DNA of 64,000 nucleotides, from NCBI GenBank assembly GCA_016932695.1, contig JAFGCH010000143.1, positions 4,768-68,767 of the forward strand, in the 5' to 3' direction. The position numbers were made by a program, and so were the translations under genes. Numbering within the stretch: position 1 is the stretch's first letter; each line of letters starts with the position of its first letter. Of the stretch, positions 47,221 through 57,269 are shown in pieces. The stretch is from Acidimicrobiia bacterium (GTDB lineage Bacteria > Actinomycetota > Acidimicrobiia > Spongiisociales > UBA11373). The notes below the pieces were generated by a model. The model did not search any database. It had not been told where the DNA came from and was given only the letters and a program-made list of their open reading frames with translations.

Positions 47221-47664
47221 ATGCGGATCCTGGTAGTGAACGGCCCCAACCTGAACCTTCTGGGGGAGCGCCGCCCCGAGATCTACGGCACCGCCACCCT
47301 CGCCGAACTGGAGCAGAGCTGTCGGCAGTGGGGTGCCGCCCTGGGCCTTGAAGTCGAGACCTTCCAGTCCAACCACGAAGGGGCGATCATCGACCGCCTG
47401 CACGATGCCCGAGGTCGTTGCGACGCGGTGGTGCTCAACCCCGGCGCCCTGGCCCACTACTCCTACGCTCTGCACGACGCAGTGGAGGCCATCGCGTTGC
47501 CGGTCGTGGAGGTCCACCTGTCCGACATAACAGCTCGCGAGGAGTGGCGCGCCCGGTCGGTGGTCTCCCCGGCGTGTGCCGCCACCATCACCGGCCGCGG
47601 GGCCGACGGCTACCGCGAGGCCCTCGCTCTGCTGGCGCGCCGGGATCAGGCCTCGGCTAGGTAG
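47221..47664 (+). CDS. aroQ: Type II 3-dehydroquinate dehydratase
   Basis: NGPNLNLLGERRPEIYG, QSNHEG, NPGAL, EVHLS. Confidence 0.96.
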   Translation: MRILVVNGPNLNLLGERRPEIYGTATLAELEQSCRQWGAALGLEVETFQSNHEGAIIDRLHDARGRCDAVVLNPGALAHYSYALHDAVEAIALPVVEVHLSDITAREEWRARSVVSPACAATITGRGADGYREALALLARRDQASAR

Positions 47665-48848
47665 GCCGCTACCCGTTCCAAGCCCGCGGTCAGGTCGGCG
47701 TCCGCCAGGGCAAAGGAGAAACGCAGGTAGCCGGAGGCCCCGAACGCCTCTCCCGGGACGACGGCGACCTTGGCGCGGTCCAGGAGGAGGGCGGCGAGCT
47801 GGGTGTCGTCGGCCGCCAGGTCGCCGTGGCCCAGAGGACGCCAGAGGAGGCCCGACACCTTGGGGAAGGCGTAGAACGCCCCCTGGGGCTCGGCGACCTC
47901 CACCCCGGGCACGGAAGACAGCAGGCGGTACATCTCCCGCCGGCGACGGTCGAAGGCGGCGCGCATCTCCTCCACCGGGGCGGTGGGGCCTTCGAGGGCG
48001 GCCAGCGTCGCCGCCTGGGAGACGTTGGCCACGTTGGACGCCGCGTGGGACTGGAAGCGGATTGCCGCCTGGGTCACCGCGGGCGGAGCGATCATCCACC
48101 CCACCCGCCAGCCCGTCATGGCGTAAGTCTTCGACGGCCCGTTCACCACCACGCAGCGTTCCGCCGCCTCGGGAGCAGCCACCGGGATCGAACTGAACCG
48201 GGCCTGCCCGTAGACCAAGTGCTCGTAGATCTCGTCGGTCAGCACCCAGATGCCGTGGCGCGCCGCCCACCTGCCGATGGCGGCCACCTCATCGGGCGGG
48301 TACACCGCTCCGGTGGGGTTGGAGGGAGACACGAATACGAGCATCTTGGTGCGCGCGGTGCGGGCTGCCTCCAGTTGCTCCACCGTCACCCGGAAGCCGG
48401 CCGCCACGGTGGTGGGGAGGGCCCGGGTGACACCTCCGGCCAGCGCCACCGCCTCCGGGTAGGTCACCCAATAGGGAGCGGGGAGAAGCACTTCGTCGCC
48501 CGGGTCCAGCAGAGCCTGGCAGGCGGTGAACACCGCCCCTTTGGCCCCATTGGTGATGAGCACCTGGCCCGGATCCACCGCGTACCCGGAGTCGCGCCTG
48601 GTCTTCTCGGCCACCGCCCGCCGCAGCTCGGGAAGGCCGGCCGTGGGGGTGTAGCGGTGATGCCGGTACTCCCGGGCGGCGGCGGCGGCGGCCTCCACCA
48701 CATGCGCCGGCGTGGGAAAGTCGGGCTCCCCCACCCCGAAGTCCACGACCTTCTCCCCCCGGGCACTGAGCTCTTTGGCCCGGGCGGTGATGGCCAGAGT
48801 GGCCGATTCGACGATGGCCTCCAGCCGCTGCGAGACCCCGCTGCCCAT
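47646..48848 (-). CDS. PLP-dependent class I/II aminotransferase (aspartate aminotransferase-like)
   Basis: GEPDFPTP, SPSNPTG, DEIYE, SKTYAMTGWRVG. Confidence 0.92.
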   Translation of the reverse strand: MGSGVSQRLEAIVESATLAITARAKELSARGEKVVDFGVGEPDFPTPAHVVEAAAAAAREYRHHRYTPTAGLPELRRAVAEKTRRDSGYAVDPGQVLITNGAKGAVFTACQALLDPGDEVLLPAPYWVTYPEAVALAGGVTRALPTTVAAGFRVTVEQLEAARTARTKMLVFVSPSNPTGAVYPPDEVAAIGRWAARHGIWVLTDEIYEHLVYGQARFSSIPVAAPEAAERCVVVNGPSKTYAMTGWRVGWMIAPPAVTQAAIRFQSHAASNVANVSQAATLAALEGPTAPVEEMRAAFDRRRREMYRLLSSVPGVEVAEPQGAFYAFPKVSGLLWRPLGHGDLAADDTQLAALLLDRAKVAVVPGEAFGASGYLRFSFALADADLTAGLERVAAYLAEA

Positions 48849-48925
48849 GACTGCCTCTCTGCTGCTCGCGGAACGGATAGGTTAGGGGCCATGCCGCGCC
48901 CTGGGCCGACGATCGGGAGGTTCGC

Positions 48926-49600
48926 ATGACCCCGGCCTACGTGTTCGCCGCCCTTACCATCCCCCTGGTCGGCCTGTTGCTCCTCGCCGAGCGGCGGGAT
49001 GCCCCGTGGCGGGTCTGGGCCAAGGCCGCTGCTTCCTCCAGCTTCATCGCCACCGCGGTGGCCGCCGGGGCCGCCGGCACCGCCTACGGCGGCTGGGTGC
49101 TGGCCGCCCTCTGCCTGGGGTGGGCGGGCGACATCGCCCTGGTGTCGGCCCAGCGCCGCTGGTTCCTGCTGGGCCTGGCAGCGTTCCTCTTTTCCCACCT
49201 CGCCTACATCGGGGCCTTCGCCACCGTGCAGCCCGACGCCGTGGTGGCGGTGCTGGTGGCGGCGGGCCTGCTGGTGCCCGCCGGCCTGGTGGCTCGCTGG
49301 CTGTGGCCGCACCTCGGCGGCGACATGCGGGTCCCGGTGGCGGCCTACATCGCGGTGATCACGGCCATGGTGGCCGCTGCCTCGGGGGCCGCCGGCGGGC
49401 CGGGGCCGTCGTTGCCGCCGGCGCTCTCCCTCGCCGGCTGGAAAGCCACCGTCGTGGTGGCGGCCGTGGCCTTCTACCTGTCCGACGTCTCGGTGGCCCG
49501 GGACCGCTTCGTCGCCCCCGGGTTCGGCAACCGCATCTGGGGCCTGCCGCTGTACTACGCGGCCCAACTGCTCTTCGCCCTGTCGGTGGGAATGCGGTGA
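48926..49600 (+). CDS. YhhN / lysoplasmalogenase family membrane protein
   Basis: GDIAL, FLFSHLAY, FYLSD, YYAAQ. Confidence 0.88.
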   Translation: MTPAYVFAALTIPLVGLLLLAERRDAPWRVWAKAAASSSFIATAVAAGAAGTAYGGWVLAALCLGWAGDIALVSAQRRWFLLGLAAFLFSHLAYIGAFATVQPDAVVAVLVAAGLLVPAGLVARWLWPHLGGDMRVPVAAYIAVITAMVAAASGAAGGPGPSLPPALSLAGWKATVVVAAVAFYLSDVSVARDRFVAPGFGNRIWGLPLYYAAQLLFALSVGMR

Positions 49601-50103
49601 AGGAACTGATCCTCCTCCGCCACGCCAAGTCCGATTGGGCGGCGCCGTTCACCGACGATGCCGACCGTCCGCTCAACCCCCGCGGCCGGGAAGCGGCCGA
49701 GGTCATGGGCCGGGTGCTCACCCTGGCGGGGCGGGCCCCCGACCTGGTGCTCAGCTCACCGGCGAAGCGAGCCCGCGACACCGCCGACCTCGCCGCCGCG
49801 GCCGGCGGCTGGGCGGCGCCCATCGTCGTCGATCCCCATCTCTCCCCGGGGTCGCCCGCTGCCGTCATCGCCGCGGTGCGCGCCCGAGCCGGGTCGGCCG
49901 GGCGGCTCCTGGTAGTGGGCCACGAGCCCGCCTGGTCGCAGGCCGTCGCCGTGCTCCTCGGCGGCGGCCGGGTGCGCATGGCCACGGGAGCGGCCGCCTG
50001 CCTGGGGGTGGAGGCCTGGGAGACCCTCGCCCCCGGGGCCTGCACCCTCTTGTGGATGCTGAGCCCGCGCCTGTTCACCGACGGGCGGTTCCCTCTGTCA
50101 TGA
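49597..50103 (+). CDS. sixA: SixA-like histidine phosphatase
   Basis: LRHAKSDW, DRPL, SSPAKRA, VGHEP. Confidence 0.88.
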   Translation: MKELILLRHAKSDWAAPFTDDADRPLNPRGREAAEVMGRVLTLAGRAPDLVLSSPAKRARDTADLAAAAGGWAAPIVVDPHLSPGSPAAVIAAVRARAGSAGRLLVVGHEPAWSQAVAVLLGGGRVRMATGAAACLGVEAWETLAPGACTLLWMLSPRLFTDGRFPLS

Positions 50104-51308
50104 GCTTCCCCGCCCCCCCGCCCGCGGACCGGCCCCGGCACTCGCTGCGTGCCTCCCTGGCCTACCTCATCGCCGCCCGGCTGGTCTTGAACACGGCCCA
50201 CCGCTTCGCCTATCCCTTCCTACCCGCGATCAGTCGCGGGCTCGGAGTCACCCTCGAACAGGGCGGCTTGCTGATGTCGGCCCGGGCGCTCGCCGGGCTG
50301 GCCACTCCGCTGGCGGTGGCCACCGCCGGGCGGGGGGAGCGCCGGCGCCGCACCCTGGCGCTGGGCCTGGCGCTGTTCGTGCTGGGAGCGGCGGTCACCG
50401 CCGCCTCGGGCGTGTATGCCGGAGCCATCACCGGCTTTGCCCTGTTCGGCCTGGCCAAGCCCCTCTTCGACATCTCGGGACAGGCCTACATCGCCGACCG
50501 CACGCCCTACCGTCGCCGGGGGCGCTACCTCGCCCTCTTCGAGACCACCTGGGCCCTGGCCCTGCTGGGCGGGGCCCCGGCGGCGGGGTGGCTGATCTCC
50601 CACCTCGGCTGGCGGGCCCCGTTCTGGGCGGTAGCCGGCCTGGCCCTGGCCGCCCTGGCGGCCCTCCCCTGGGCCCTGGACCCCGACGGCGGAAGGTCGC
50701 GAGGAACAACGGTCCCCCGCCTCCGCCTCACCCGGCCGGCCGCGCTGATCCTGGCGGCAGTCCTCGCTCTGATGTTCTCGGCCGAGGTCTCCTTCGTGGT
50801 GTTCGGCGCCTGGCTGGAGGATCGCTTCGGGCTCTCCCTGGTGGCTCTCGGCGGGGCGGCTACCGCCATAGCGGTGGCCGAGCTGGCCGGGGAAGGGGCC
50901 TCGTTCGCCCTCACCGATCGCCTGGGCCCCCGCCGCAGCGTGTCGTTGGGGCTCATCGTCTGTGTCGTCGCCTTCGCCGCGCTCGGCCCGGCGTTGGGGA
51001 GCCTGGGCGGAGGCCTCGCCGTCATGGTGCTCGCCTTCTTCGGGTTCGAATTCGCCATCGTGTCCGCCCTGCCCCTGGCCACCGAGGTGGCCCCCGAGGC
51101 CCGGACCCGCTTCCTGGCATTGCTGGTCGTGGCGCTCTCCGTCTCGCGCGCCCTGGCGGGAGTGGTAGGCCCGGCGCTCTTCTCGTGGGGGGGATTCGCC
51201 GCCAACTCCACCGCGTCGGCGCTGTCCGGTGCCCTGGCGATGGCTCTGGTGCTGGGCGTTCGGGAACAACCGGTGAGCCCGGCGCCACCGGGCAGCGTGC
51301 CGCTGTGA
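50100..51308 (+). CDS. MFS transporter
   Basis: About 12 TM helices; LTDRLGPRR motif A. Confidence 0.88.
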   Translation: MSFPAPPPADRPRHSLRASLAYLIAARLVLNTAHRFAYPFLPAISRGLGVTLEQGGLLMSARALAGLATPLAVATAGRGERRRRTLALGLALFVLGAAVTAASGVYAGAITGFALFGLAKPLFDISGQAYIADRTPYRRRGRYLALFETTWALALLGGAPAAGWLISHLGWRAPFWAVAGLALAALAALPWALDPDGGRSRGTTVPRLRLTRPAALILAAVLALMFSAEVSFVVFGAWLEDRFGLSLVALGGAATAIAVAELAGEGASFALTDRLGPRRSVSLGLIVCVVAFAALGPALGSLGGGLAVMVLAFFGFEFAIVSALPLATEVAPEARTRFLALLVVALSVSRALAGVVGPALFSWGGFAANSTASALSGALAMALVLGVREQPVSPAPPGSVPL

Positions 51309-51323
51309 GCCCGGGCCCGCCGG

Positions 51324-52262
51324 CTACAGGCGGGCGATCCGCTCGATCAGCAGATCGAAGAAAGCCTCCGAGTCGAGGCGCCGGATCACGGTGCAGTTGG
51401 GCTGCAGGCCGGTGACCCCCCACCAGTCGACCACCGTCATGCCCATGGTGAGCTCGCTGGAGGCCTCGATGCGCACGTTGCAGCGCCGGCCGCTGAAGAT
51501 CTCGGGGTGGAACAGGTAGGCGATCACGCACGGGTCGTGCAGCGGCCCACCCTCCAGGCCGTACTTCTCGACGTCGTAGCGTTCGAAGAACTCCAGCCAT
51601 CCCGCCACCGCATCGCCCACCCGGGTGCCCAGCGCCCGCAGGCGCTCCAAGTGCCGCGGCTTGATGAGCGCCTGATGGGTCACGTCCAGGGGGAGCATGG
51701 TCAGCGGCACCCCGCTGGTGAAGACGATGTCGGCAGCCTGGGGGTCCACGTAGATGTTGAACTCCGCCGCCGGGGTGGCGTTTCCCCCTTCGAAGAAGCC
51801 CCCGCCCATCAGCACGATCTCCCGGATGCGGGGGACGATCTCCGGGGCGCGCTGCAGGGCCAGGGCAATGTTGGTCAGCGGCCCCAGCGGGCAGAGGGTG
51901 ATGGTCCCCGGCGCCTCCTCTCGAAGCGCCCGCACCAGGAAGTCGGCGGCGTGCTCCGCCTGCAGCGGCATCTGCGGCTCGGGAAGGTCGGCGCCGTCGA
52001 GGCCGGTGCGCCCGTGCACGTACTCGGCGGTAACCAACGGGCGCACCAGCGGCCGCTCGGCGCCGGCGCACACTGCCACGTCGGCTCTACCGGCGAGCTC
52101 GCACACGACCCGGGCGTTGCGTGAGGTCAGGGGCAGGGGCACGTTCCCCGCCACGGTGGTGATGCCCCGTACCTCCAGCTCGGGCGAAGCCAGCGCCAGC
52201 AGCAGGGCCACGGCGTCATCCTGGCCGGGATCGGTGTCGATGATGATGGGGCGCCCGCTCAC
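51324..52262 (-). CDS. Inosine/uridine-preferring nucleoside hydrolase
   Basis: DTDPGQDD, AEFNIYVDP, LHDP. Confidence 0.93.
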   Translation of the reverse strand: MSGRPIIIDTDPGQDDAVALLLALASPELEVRGITTVAGNVPLPLTSRNARVVCELAGRADVAVCAGAERPLVRPLVTAEYVHGRTGLDGADLPEPQMPLQAEHAADFLVRALREEAPGTITLCPLGPLTNIALALQRAPEIVPRIREIVLMGGGFFEGGNATPAAEFNIYVDPQAADIVFTSGVPLTMLPLDVTHQALIKPRHLERLRALGTRVGDAVAGWLEFFERYDVEKYGLEGGPLHDPCVIAYLFHPEIFSGRRCNVRIEASSELTMGMTVVDWWGVTGLQPNCTVIRRLDSEAFFDLLIERIARL

Positions 52263-52263
52263 C

Positions 52264-53157
52264 TCAGCCCCCCAGGGCTTCGACCTCGGCCCGAGTGGGC
52301 AGCGAAGCCTGGGCCCCCCGCCGGGTCACCGCCGCCGCCCCGCACCGCACCGCCCAACGGGCGGCGGCCACCAGGTCGGCCCCGCCGACCAGGGCGTCGG
52401 CCAGACCGGCACAAAAGGCGTCCCCGGCGCCGGTTGGATCCACCGCGGTGACCCGCGGGGCGGGCACGTGGGTGGCCCCCTCGCCGGTCACCACCAACGC
52501 CCCATCGGCGCCCAGGGTCACCACCACCCCCTTCGGCCCTTCCAGCGAGCGCGCCAGGGTCGCCGCCTCTACGATCCCGGTGGGAGGGGCCGCCCCGGCC
52601 AGCAGGGCCAGTTCGGTGCGGTTGGGCACCAGCACGTCGACTCGCGATAGGAGAGCGGCAGGAAGGGGATGGGCCGGAGCGGGGTTGAGCACCACCGTGC
52701 CCTCGGCCAGGGCGGCGGCCGCCTCGACCGTCTCGAGAGGGATCTCCAACTGCAACAGCACTACCTGCGCCCCGGCGATCACCGCGGCGTCGAGGTCGCC
52801 GGGAGCCAGGGCCCCGTTGGCCGCCGGGATCACCACGATGGCGTTCTCGGCGGAATCGTCCACCATGATCAACGCCAGGCCGGTGGCCAGCGACGCGCTG
52901 CGCCGCACGGTCGCCGTGCCCACCCCGGCGGCATCGAGGGCCGCCAGCAGGCGGTTGCCGGCCTCGTCTCGGCCCACCATGCCCACCATCTCCACGGTAC
53001 GTCCCAGCCGAGCGGCGGCCACCGCCTGGTTGGCCCCCTTGCCCCCGGTATCGTGGGCGTGCCCCCGGCCCATCACGGTCTCCCCGGGCAGCGGCAGACG
53101 GGGCACCCGCACGGTGGCATCCAGGTTGAGGCTTCCGACTACGGTGATCTCGGGCAT
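52264..53157 (-). CDS. rbsK: Ribokinase (PfkB family)
   Basis: GSLNLD, GGKGANQA, NPAP, DPTGAGDAF. Confidence 0.92.
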   Translation of the reverse strand: MPEITVVGSLNLDATVRVPRLPLPGETVMGRGHAHDTGGKGANQAVAAARLGRTVEMVGMVGRDEAGNRLLAALDAAGVGTATVRRSASLATGLALIMVDDSAENAIVVIPAANGALAPGDLDAAVIAGAQVVLLQLEIPLETVEAAAALAEGTVVLNPAPAHPLPAALLSRVDVLVPNRTELALLAGAAPPTGIVEAATLARSLEGPKGVVVTLGADGALVVTGEGATHVPAPRVTAVDPTGAGDAFCAGLADALVGGADLVAAARWAVRCGAAAVTRRGAQASLPTRAEVEALGG

Positions 53158-53222
53158 AGGGACACGATAGGAGTCGCCGGGTCGGGCCGCGCCGCGTCGG
53201 GCCGCCCGTAGACTCCGCCTCC

Positions 53223-53648
53223 GTGTCCAACGAACTCCTTGCCGCTCGGGTCGGCGCGCTCGAGGCCATGTTCACCCGGGCCAACTTCCTGGCTCATCTC
53301 GGGGCGACCATCCGCTTCGACGACCAGTACCGCTCGATCGTCACCCTGCCTCACAAACCGGAACTGGAGCACGCCATGCGGGGCGTCCACGGCGGCGTGC
53401 TGGCCACCCTGATCGACGCCGCCGCCTGGTGTGCCGCCGCCGTGCACTACCCCTCGTGGATCGCCACGGTTGAGTTCGATGTCCGGCTGCTGGAACCGGT
53501 CGTCGGCGAGGACCTGGTAGCCGTGGGCCGCCTGGTGCGAGCCGGCAAGCGCATCGCCGTAGCCGAGACCGAGGTCCGCACCGCGGCCGGCCGACTGGTA
53601 GCCGTCGGCGGCGCCACCCTCTCCACCACCCGCATGCCGTTCGACTGA
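53223..53648 (+). CDS. PaaI-family thioesterase
   Basis: VHGGVLATLID hot-dog fold motif. Confidence 0.88.
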   Translation: MSNELLAARVGALEAMFTRANFLAHLGATIRFDDQYRSIVTLPHKPELEHAMRGVHGGVLATLIDAAAWCAAAVHYPSWIATVEFDVRLLEPVVGEDLVAVGRLVRAGKRIAVAETEVRTAAGRLVAVGGATLSTTRMPFD

Positions 53649-53741
53649 GGCCCCCCCCGCCTTCGGTCTCCGGGCGTATGGTGGGGCCGTACGCCGCCAG
53701 CCTCAGCCCGAAGGCTGCTTGAGCCGCAGGGGAGGTGCACC

Positions 53742-54434
53742 GTGATCACCAGCGAGGCGCTGTCGGACTCGGCCCATCCCGCCGTCCGCCGACGGGCCGA
53801 GGAACTGACCGCAGCAGAGCAGACGGCGCTGGGCAAGGCCCGGGCGATCTTCGCCTACGTCCGGGACGGCATCCGGTTCGGGTTCCCGCCCGAGTGGGAC
53901 CGGGTCAAGGCATCGGAGACGCTGGAGCACGGCCGGGGGTACTGCAACACCAAAGCCACGGTGTTCCACGCCCTCTGCCGTGCCGCCGGAGTATCGAGTC
54001 GTGTCCACACGGGGCTGATCGACCTGCGGATCATGAAGGGGATCTTCCCCTCGGTTTTCTTCCCGTTCCTGCCGCCGGCGGGCGGGCACTCCTGGATGGA
54101 GATCGAGATCGACGGCGAGTGGCGCCCCATCGACTCCTACATCAACGATCGGCCCTTCTACGAAGGGGCCGTGGAGCGCCTACGGACCGCGGGCGGCGCC
54201 ACCGGGTTCTCGGTATCGCGGGCGGGAGGGCCGAGCAGTTGCGAGTTCAACTTCGGAGAGATCGGATTCGTTCACATGGGAGCAGTGGTCGAAGACCACG
54301 GCGTCTGGGAGGACTTCGCCCAGTACATGGCCTGCCCCCGCTACATCTCGCTCCGGAGCTGGCAGCGCTGGGCCTATCCCCTGCTGGCCCGAATGGGCAA
54401 CCGGAACGTCGACGCCATCCGGGGCACGCGCTAG
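53742..54434 (+). CDS. Transglutaminase-like superfamily protein
   Basis: GYCNTKATVFHALCRAAG, HSW, WRPIDSY (C-H-D triad); GGAGG RBS. Confidence 0.85.
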   Translation: MITSEALSDSAHPAVRRRAEELTAAEQTALGKARAIFAYVRDGIRFGFPPEWDRVKASETLEHGRGYCNTKATVFHALCRAAGVSSRVHTGLIDLRIMKGIFPSVFFPFLPPAGGHSWMEIEIDGEWRPIDSYINDRPFYEGAVERLRTAGGATGFSVSRAGGPSSCEFNFGEIGFVHMGAVVEDHGVWEDFAQYMACPRYISLRSWQRWAYPLLARMGNRNVDAIRGTR

Positions 54435-54470
54435 GAACCCGGCACTCGGGATGAGCCGGGGCGCCCCGGC

Positions 54471-55895
54471 TTATCCCTTCACCACCCCGATGGGCCTCAG
54501 CCGGGCCACCGGAGCCGCCAGGCCGGCCCGAGCACAGACGTCGACGACGGCATCGACATCCTTGTAGGCGAAGGGCGCCTCCTCGGCCAGGAGTGACACC
54601 GACCCCGGCCGCACCGTGATCCCCTCGGCCTCGAGGTCGTGCATCACCTCGCGCCCGCCCCGGGTCTTCTTGGCGGCGCTGCGGCTCATCACCCGGCCGG
54701 CACCGTGCGCCGCCGTAGCGAAGGCGGGGTTGCCGGCCAGGCCCCGCAGCACCCAGGAGGCCGTGCCCATGGACCCCGGGATCAGGACGGGCTGCCCCCA
54801 ATCGCGCAGACCGGGCGGCAGGGCGGGGTGCCCCGGGCCGAACGCCCGGGTCGCCCCCTTGCGGTGCACACACAGCCGGCGCGAATATCGGCCCACCCGG
54901 TGCTCCTCCACCTTGGCCAGGTTGTGGGCCACGTCGAAGACCAGTTCCATGCCGGTCTTGGCCGGGCTCGTCCCCAGGGCCGCCGCCACCGCCTCCCGGG
55001 TGGCGTGCGCCAGCACATGCCGGTTGGCCCAGGCGAAGTTGGCCGCCGCGGCCATCGCCCCCAGATAGGCCTCCCCCTCCTTGGAGAGCACCGGCACGCA
55101 GGCCAACTGCCGGTCGGGCACGCTGATGCCGTGGCGGTTCATGGCGCGTCCCATGTCGGCCAGGTAGTCGGTGCACACCTGATGGCCCAGGCCCCGGCTC
55201 CCGCAGTGGATCATGACCGTCACCATCCCCGGGGCCAGGCCGAACGCCTCGGCCGCTCCGGGGTCCTCCACCCGGTCCACCACCTGGACCTCCAGGAAGT
55301 GGTTGCCCGCGCCCAGCGAGCCCAGCTGGCCGCTCCCCCGTTCCCGGGCGCGTGCCGACACGGCGCCCGGGTCGGCCCCGGCCGAGGTGCCCCGCTCTTC
55401 GCAACGCTCCAGGTCGTGCGGCACGCCGAAGCCGGCCTCGACGGCCGCCGCCGCCCCTCGCTCGAGCACCTCGTCGAGCAGGCGCTTGGCCGCCACCGCC
55501 CCCTTGCCCAGGCCCCGAGGGATGCGGGCGTCCAGTTCGCCCATGATGTCGACCCGACGCCGGCGGAAGTCCTCCTCCCTGAGCGCCGAGGCCAGGAGGC
55601 GCACCCCGCAGCAGATGTCGAACCCCACCCCGCCGGGCGACACCACCCCGCCGGCGGCGACGTCGGTGGCAGCCACCCCTCCGATGGGGAAGCCGTAGCC
55701 CCAATGGATGTCGGGCATGGCGAAGGAGGCCTCCACGATCCCCGGCAAGTGAGCCACGTTGGCCACCTGCCGCAGCGCCTGGTCGGCCTCGGCTTTGGCG
55801 AAGAGCGACGCCGAGGCGAAGACCCGGCCCGGGACCCGCATGCCGCCCTCGGGGGCCAGCTCCCAGGTGACCTCGCCGATGCGCCTGAAGTCCAT
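54471..55895 (-). CDS. rtcB: RNA 3'-phosphate/2',3'-cyclic phosphate ligase RtcB
   Basis: [46 protein letters not shown]. Confidence 0.95.
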   Translation of the reverse strand: MDFRRIGEVTWELAPEGGMRVPGRVFASASLFAKAEADQALRQVANVAHLPGIVEASFAMPDIHWGYGFPIGGVAATDVAAGGVVSPGGVGFDICCGVRLLASALREEDFRRRRVDIMGELDARIPRGLGKGAVAAKRLLDEVLERGAAAAVEAGFGVPHDLERCEERGTSAGADPGAVSARARERGSGQLGSLGAGNHFLEVQVVDRVEDPGAAEAFGLAPGMVTVMIHCGSRGLGHQVCTDYLADMGRAMNRHGISVPDRQLACVPVLSKEGEAYLGAMAAAANFAWANRHVLAHATREAVAAALGTSPAKTGMELVFDVAHNLAKVEEHRVGRYSRRLCVHRKGATRAFGPGHPALPPGLRDWGQPVLIPGSMGTASWVLRGLAGNPAFATAAHGAGRVMSRSAAKKTRGGREVMHDLEAEGITVRPGSVSLLAEEAPFAYKDVDAVVDVCARAGLAAPVARLRPIGVVKG

Positions 55896-55990
55896 AACCT
55901 CACTGTAAGGAAGCGCGGCGCCGGCGGGAAGCGCGAGCCTTCAGCCCGGCGCGCGGCCTCAGGAAGGAAGAGGGATCTCATCGGTGGCGG

Positions 55991-56404
55991 CTAGACATCG
56001 AAGATCACTCGCGCCGCCCAGCCCTCGGGGGTCTCCTCGACCGCCAATCCGTGATAGGTGACGGCCTTGATCGGCGGGCCCCGCAGGATCAGGCGAGCCG
56101 CCGCCGACCCCGCCGCCCCTCCCGACAGGCAGCACGAGCGAAGCCCCTCTAGCCGGAAGCGGCAGAAGGCCAGGCCGCGGATGTCGGCCTCGGTGAGCAG
56201 GGCCGAGAGCCAAGCCACCAGCAGTTCCGCCGGATCATCCCCCTCCACCTCGACGTGGCACTCCTCCTCCGGCGGCACCAGAGAGAGGTCGAACATGAGA
56301 TCGAACATGCCGAAGGCGGCGTTCTCGAATACCTCCTCCAGTGTGGCCCCGACCGCGACGATCCCGGTGTCGGCGGTGTGGGACAGGATGCGATAGCGGG
56401 ACAT
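55991..56404 (-). CDS. Archease (RtcB activator)
   Basis: SHTADTG, IKAVTYH; adjacent to rtcB. Confidence 0.92.
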   Translation of the reverse strand: MSRYRILSHTADTGIVAVGATLEEVFENAAFGMFDLMFDLSLVPPEEECHVEVEGDDPAELLVAWLSALLTEADIRGLAFCRFRLEGLRSCCLSGGAAGSAAARLILRGPPIKAVTYHGLAVEETPEGWAARVIFDV

Positions 56405-56412
56405 AGGAGGGC

Positions 56413-57240
56413 TCAGCCCTCCTCCCACCACCACGACAGGCCCAGCAGGCCGGGCCCGGTGTGCACCACCATCACCGCCCCGAATTCGGCCACCAGGCCC
56501 GTGGCCGGCTCCACCTCGCGGCGCACCTCCGCCAGCAGGTGGCGGGCTGCTTCGGGCGCCAGGGCGTGCAGGGCGATCACATGCAGGCGGGCCCCTTTGA
56601 CCCGAGAGCGGCGCCACACCCGCAGCAGGCGGGTGATGCTGGCTTCCCGGCTGAACGCGGGGCGCAGGCTGCGGATGTTGCCTCCGCGCAGTTCGAAGAG
56701 AGGGCGCACCCGCAACCCGGCGGCCATTCGCCCCACCGTGCTGTTCAGCCGGCCCCCGCGCACCAGGTACTCGAACGTCTCCAAGGCGCCGTAGAGCCGG
56801 GCACGACCCAGTACCCGGTGGGCGGCCGCTTCCACCTCGTCGAGCGAAGCCCCGCGGTTTGCGACCTCGGCAGCATGCAGCGCGGCCAGCGCCTGCGCCC
56901 CGGCGGCGGTGCGGCTATCGATCACCCGCACCGGCCGGTCGGAGGACAGCCCGGCGGCCAGGACCGCCGACTTGTAGCTGCTGCTGAGGTGAGCGGCGAC
57001 CGTCAGCACCACCGCGCCCTCGTCTGCTCCATCCAACGCGGCGGCAAAGGCGCCGGGAGTAGGCCCCGAAGTGCTCACCCCCTCGTCGAAGCGGGCGAGT
57101 AACTCGGCCAAAGGCAGGTCGCCGTCGTCGTAGCCGACGCCGCCGAGCACGACTCGGGTCGGCACGATGGTGACCCCGAGCGCCGCCGCCGTGGCGGCAT
57201 CTAGGGCGGCGGTGCTATCGGCGACAACCCGGACGGTCAT
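56413..57240 (-). CDS. DegV / FakB fatty-acid-binding protein
   Basis: VVADST, TSGPTPG, LSSSY, IDSRT, GGR, VHTGPG. Confidence 0.9.
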   Translation of the reverse strand: MTVRVVADSTAALDAATAAALGVTIVPTRVVLGGVGYDDGDLPLAELLARFDEGVSTSGPTPGAFAAALDGADEGAVVLTVAAHLSSSYKSAVLAAGLSSDRPVRVIDSRTAAGAQALAALHAAEVANRGASLDEVEAAAHRVLGRARLYGALETFEYLVRGGRLNSTVGRMAAGLRVRPLFELRGGNIRSLRPAFSREASITRLLRVWRRSRVKGARLHVIALHALAPEAARHLLAEVRREVEPATGLVAEFGAVMVVHTGPGLLGLSWWWEEG

Positions 57241-57269
57241 GCCCTGGCCCCTTTCCCCCCGACGCTACC

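Noticed and set aside
51043-51052. GGTTCGAATT resembling a tRNA T-loop
   Set aside because: Lies inside the MFS CDS (FGFEF) with no cloverleaf around it
55896-55990. CGCGCTTCC direct repeat and small hairpin between archease and rtcB, considered as a Y-RNA or tRNA-like element
   Set aside because: Too short, no tRNA-like arms, no Ro60 gene; GC-rich repeats of this size arise by chance
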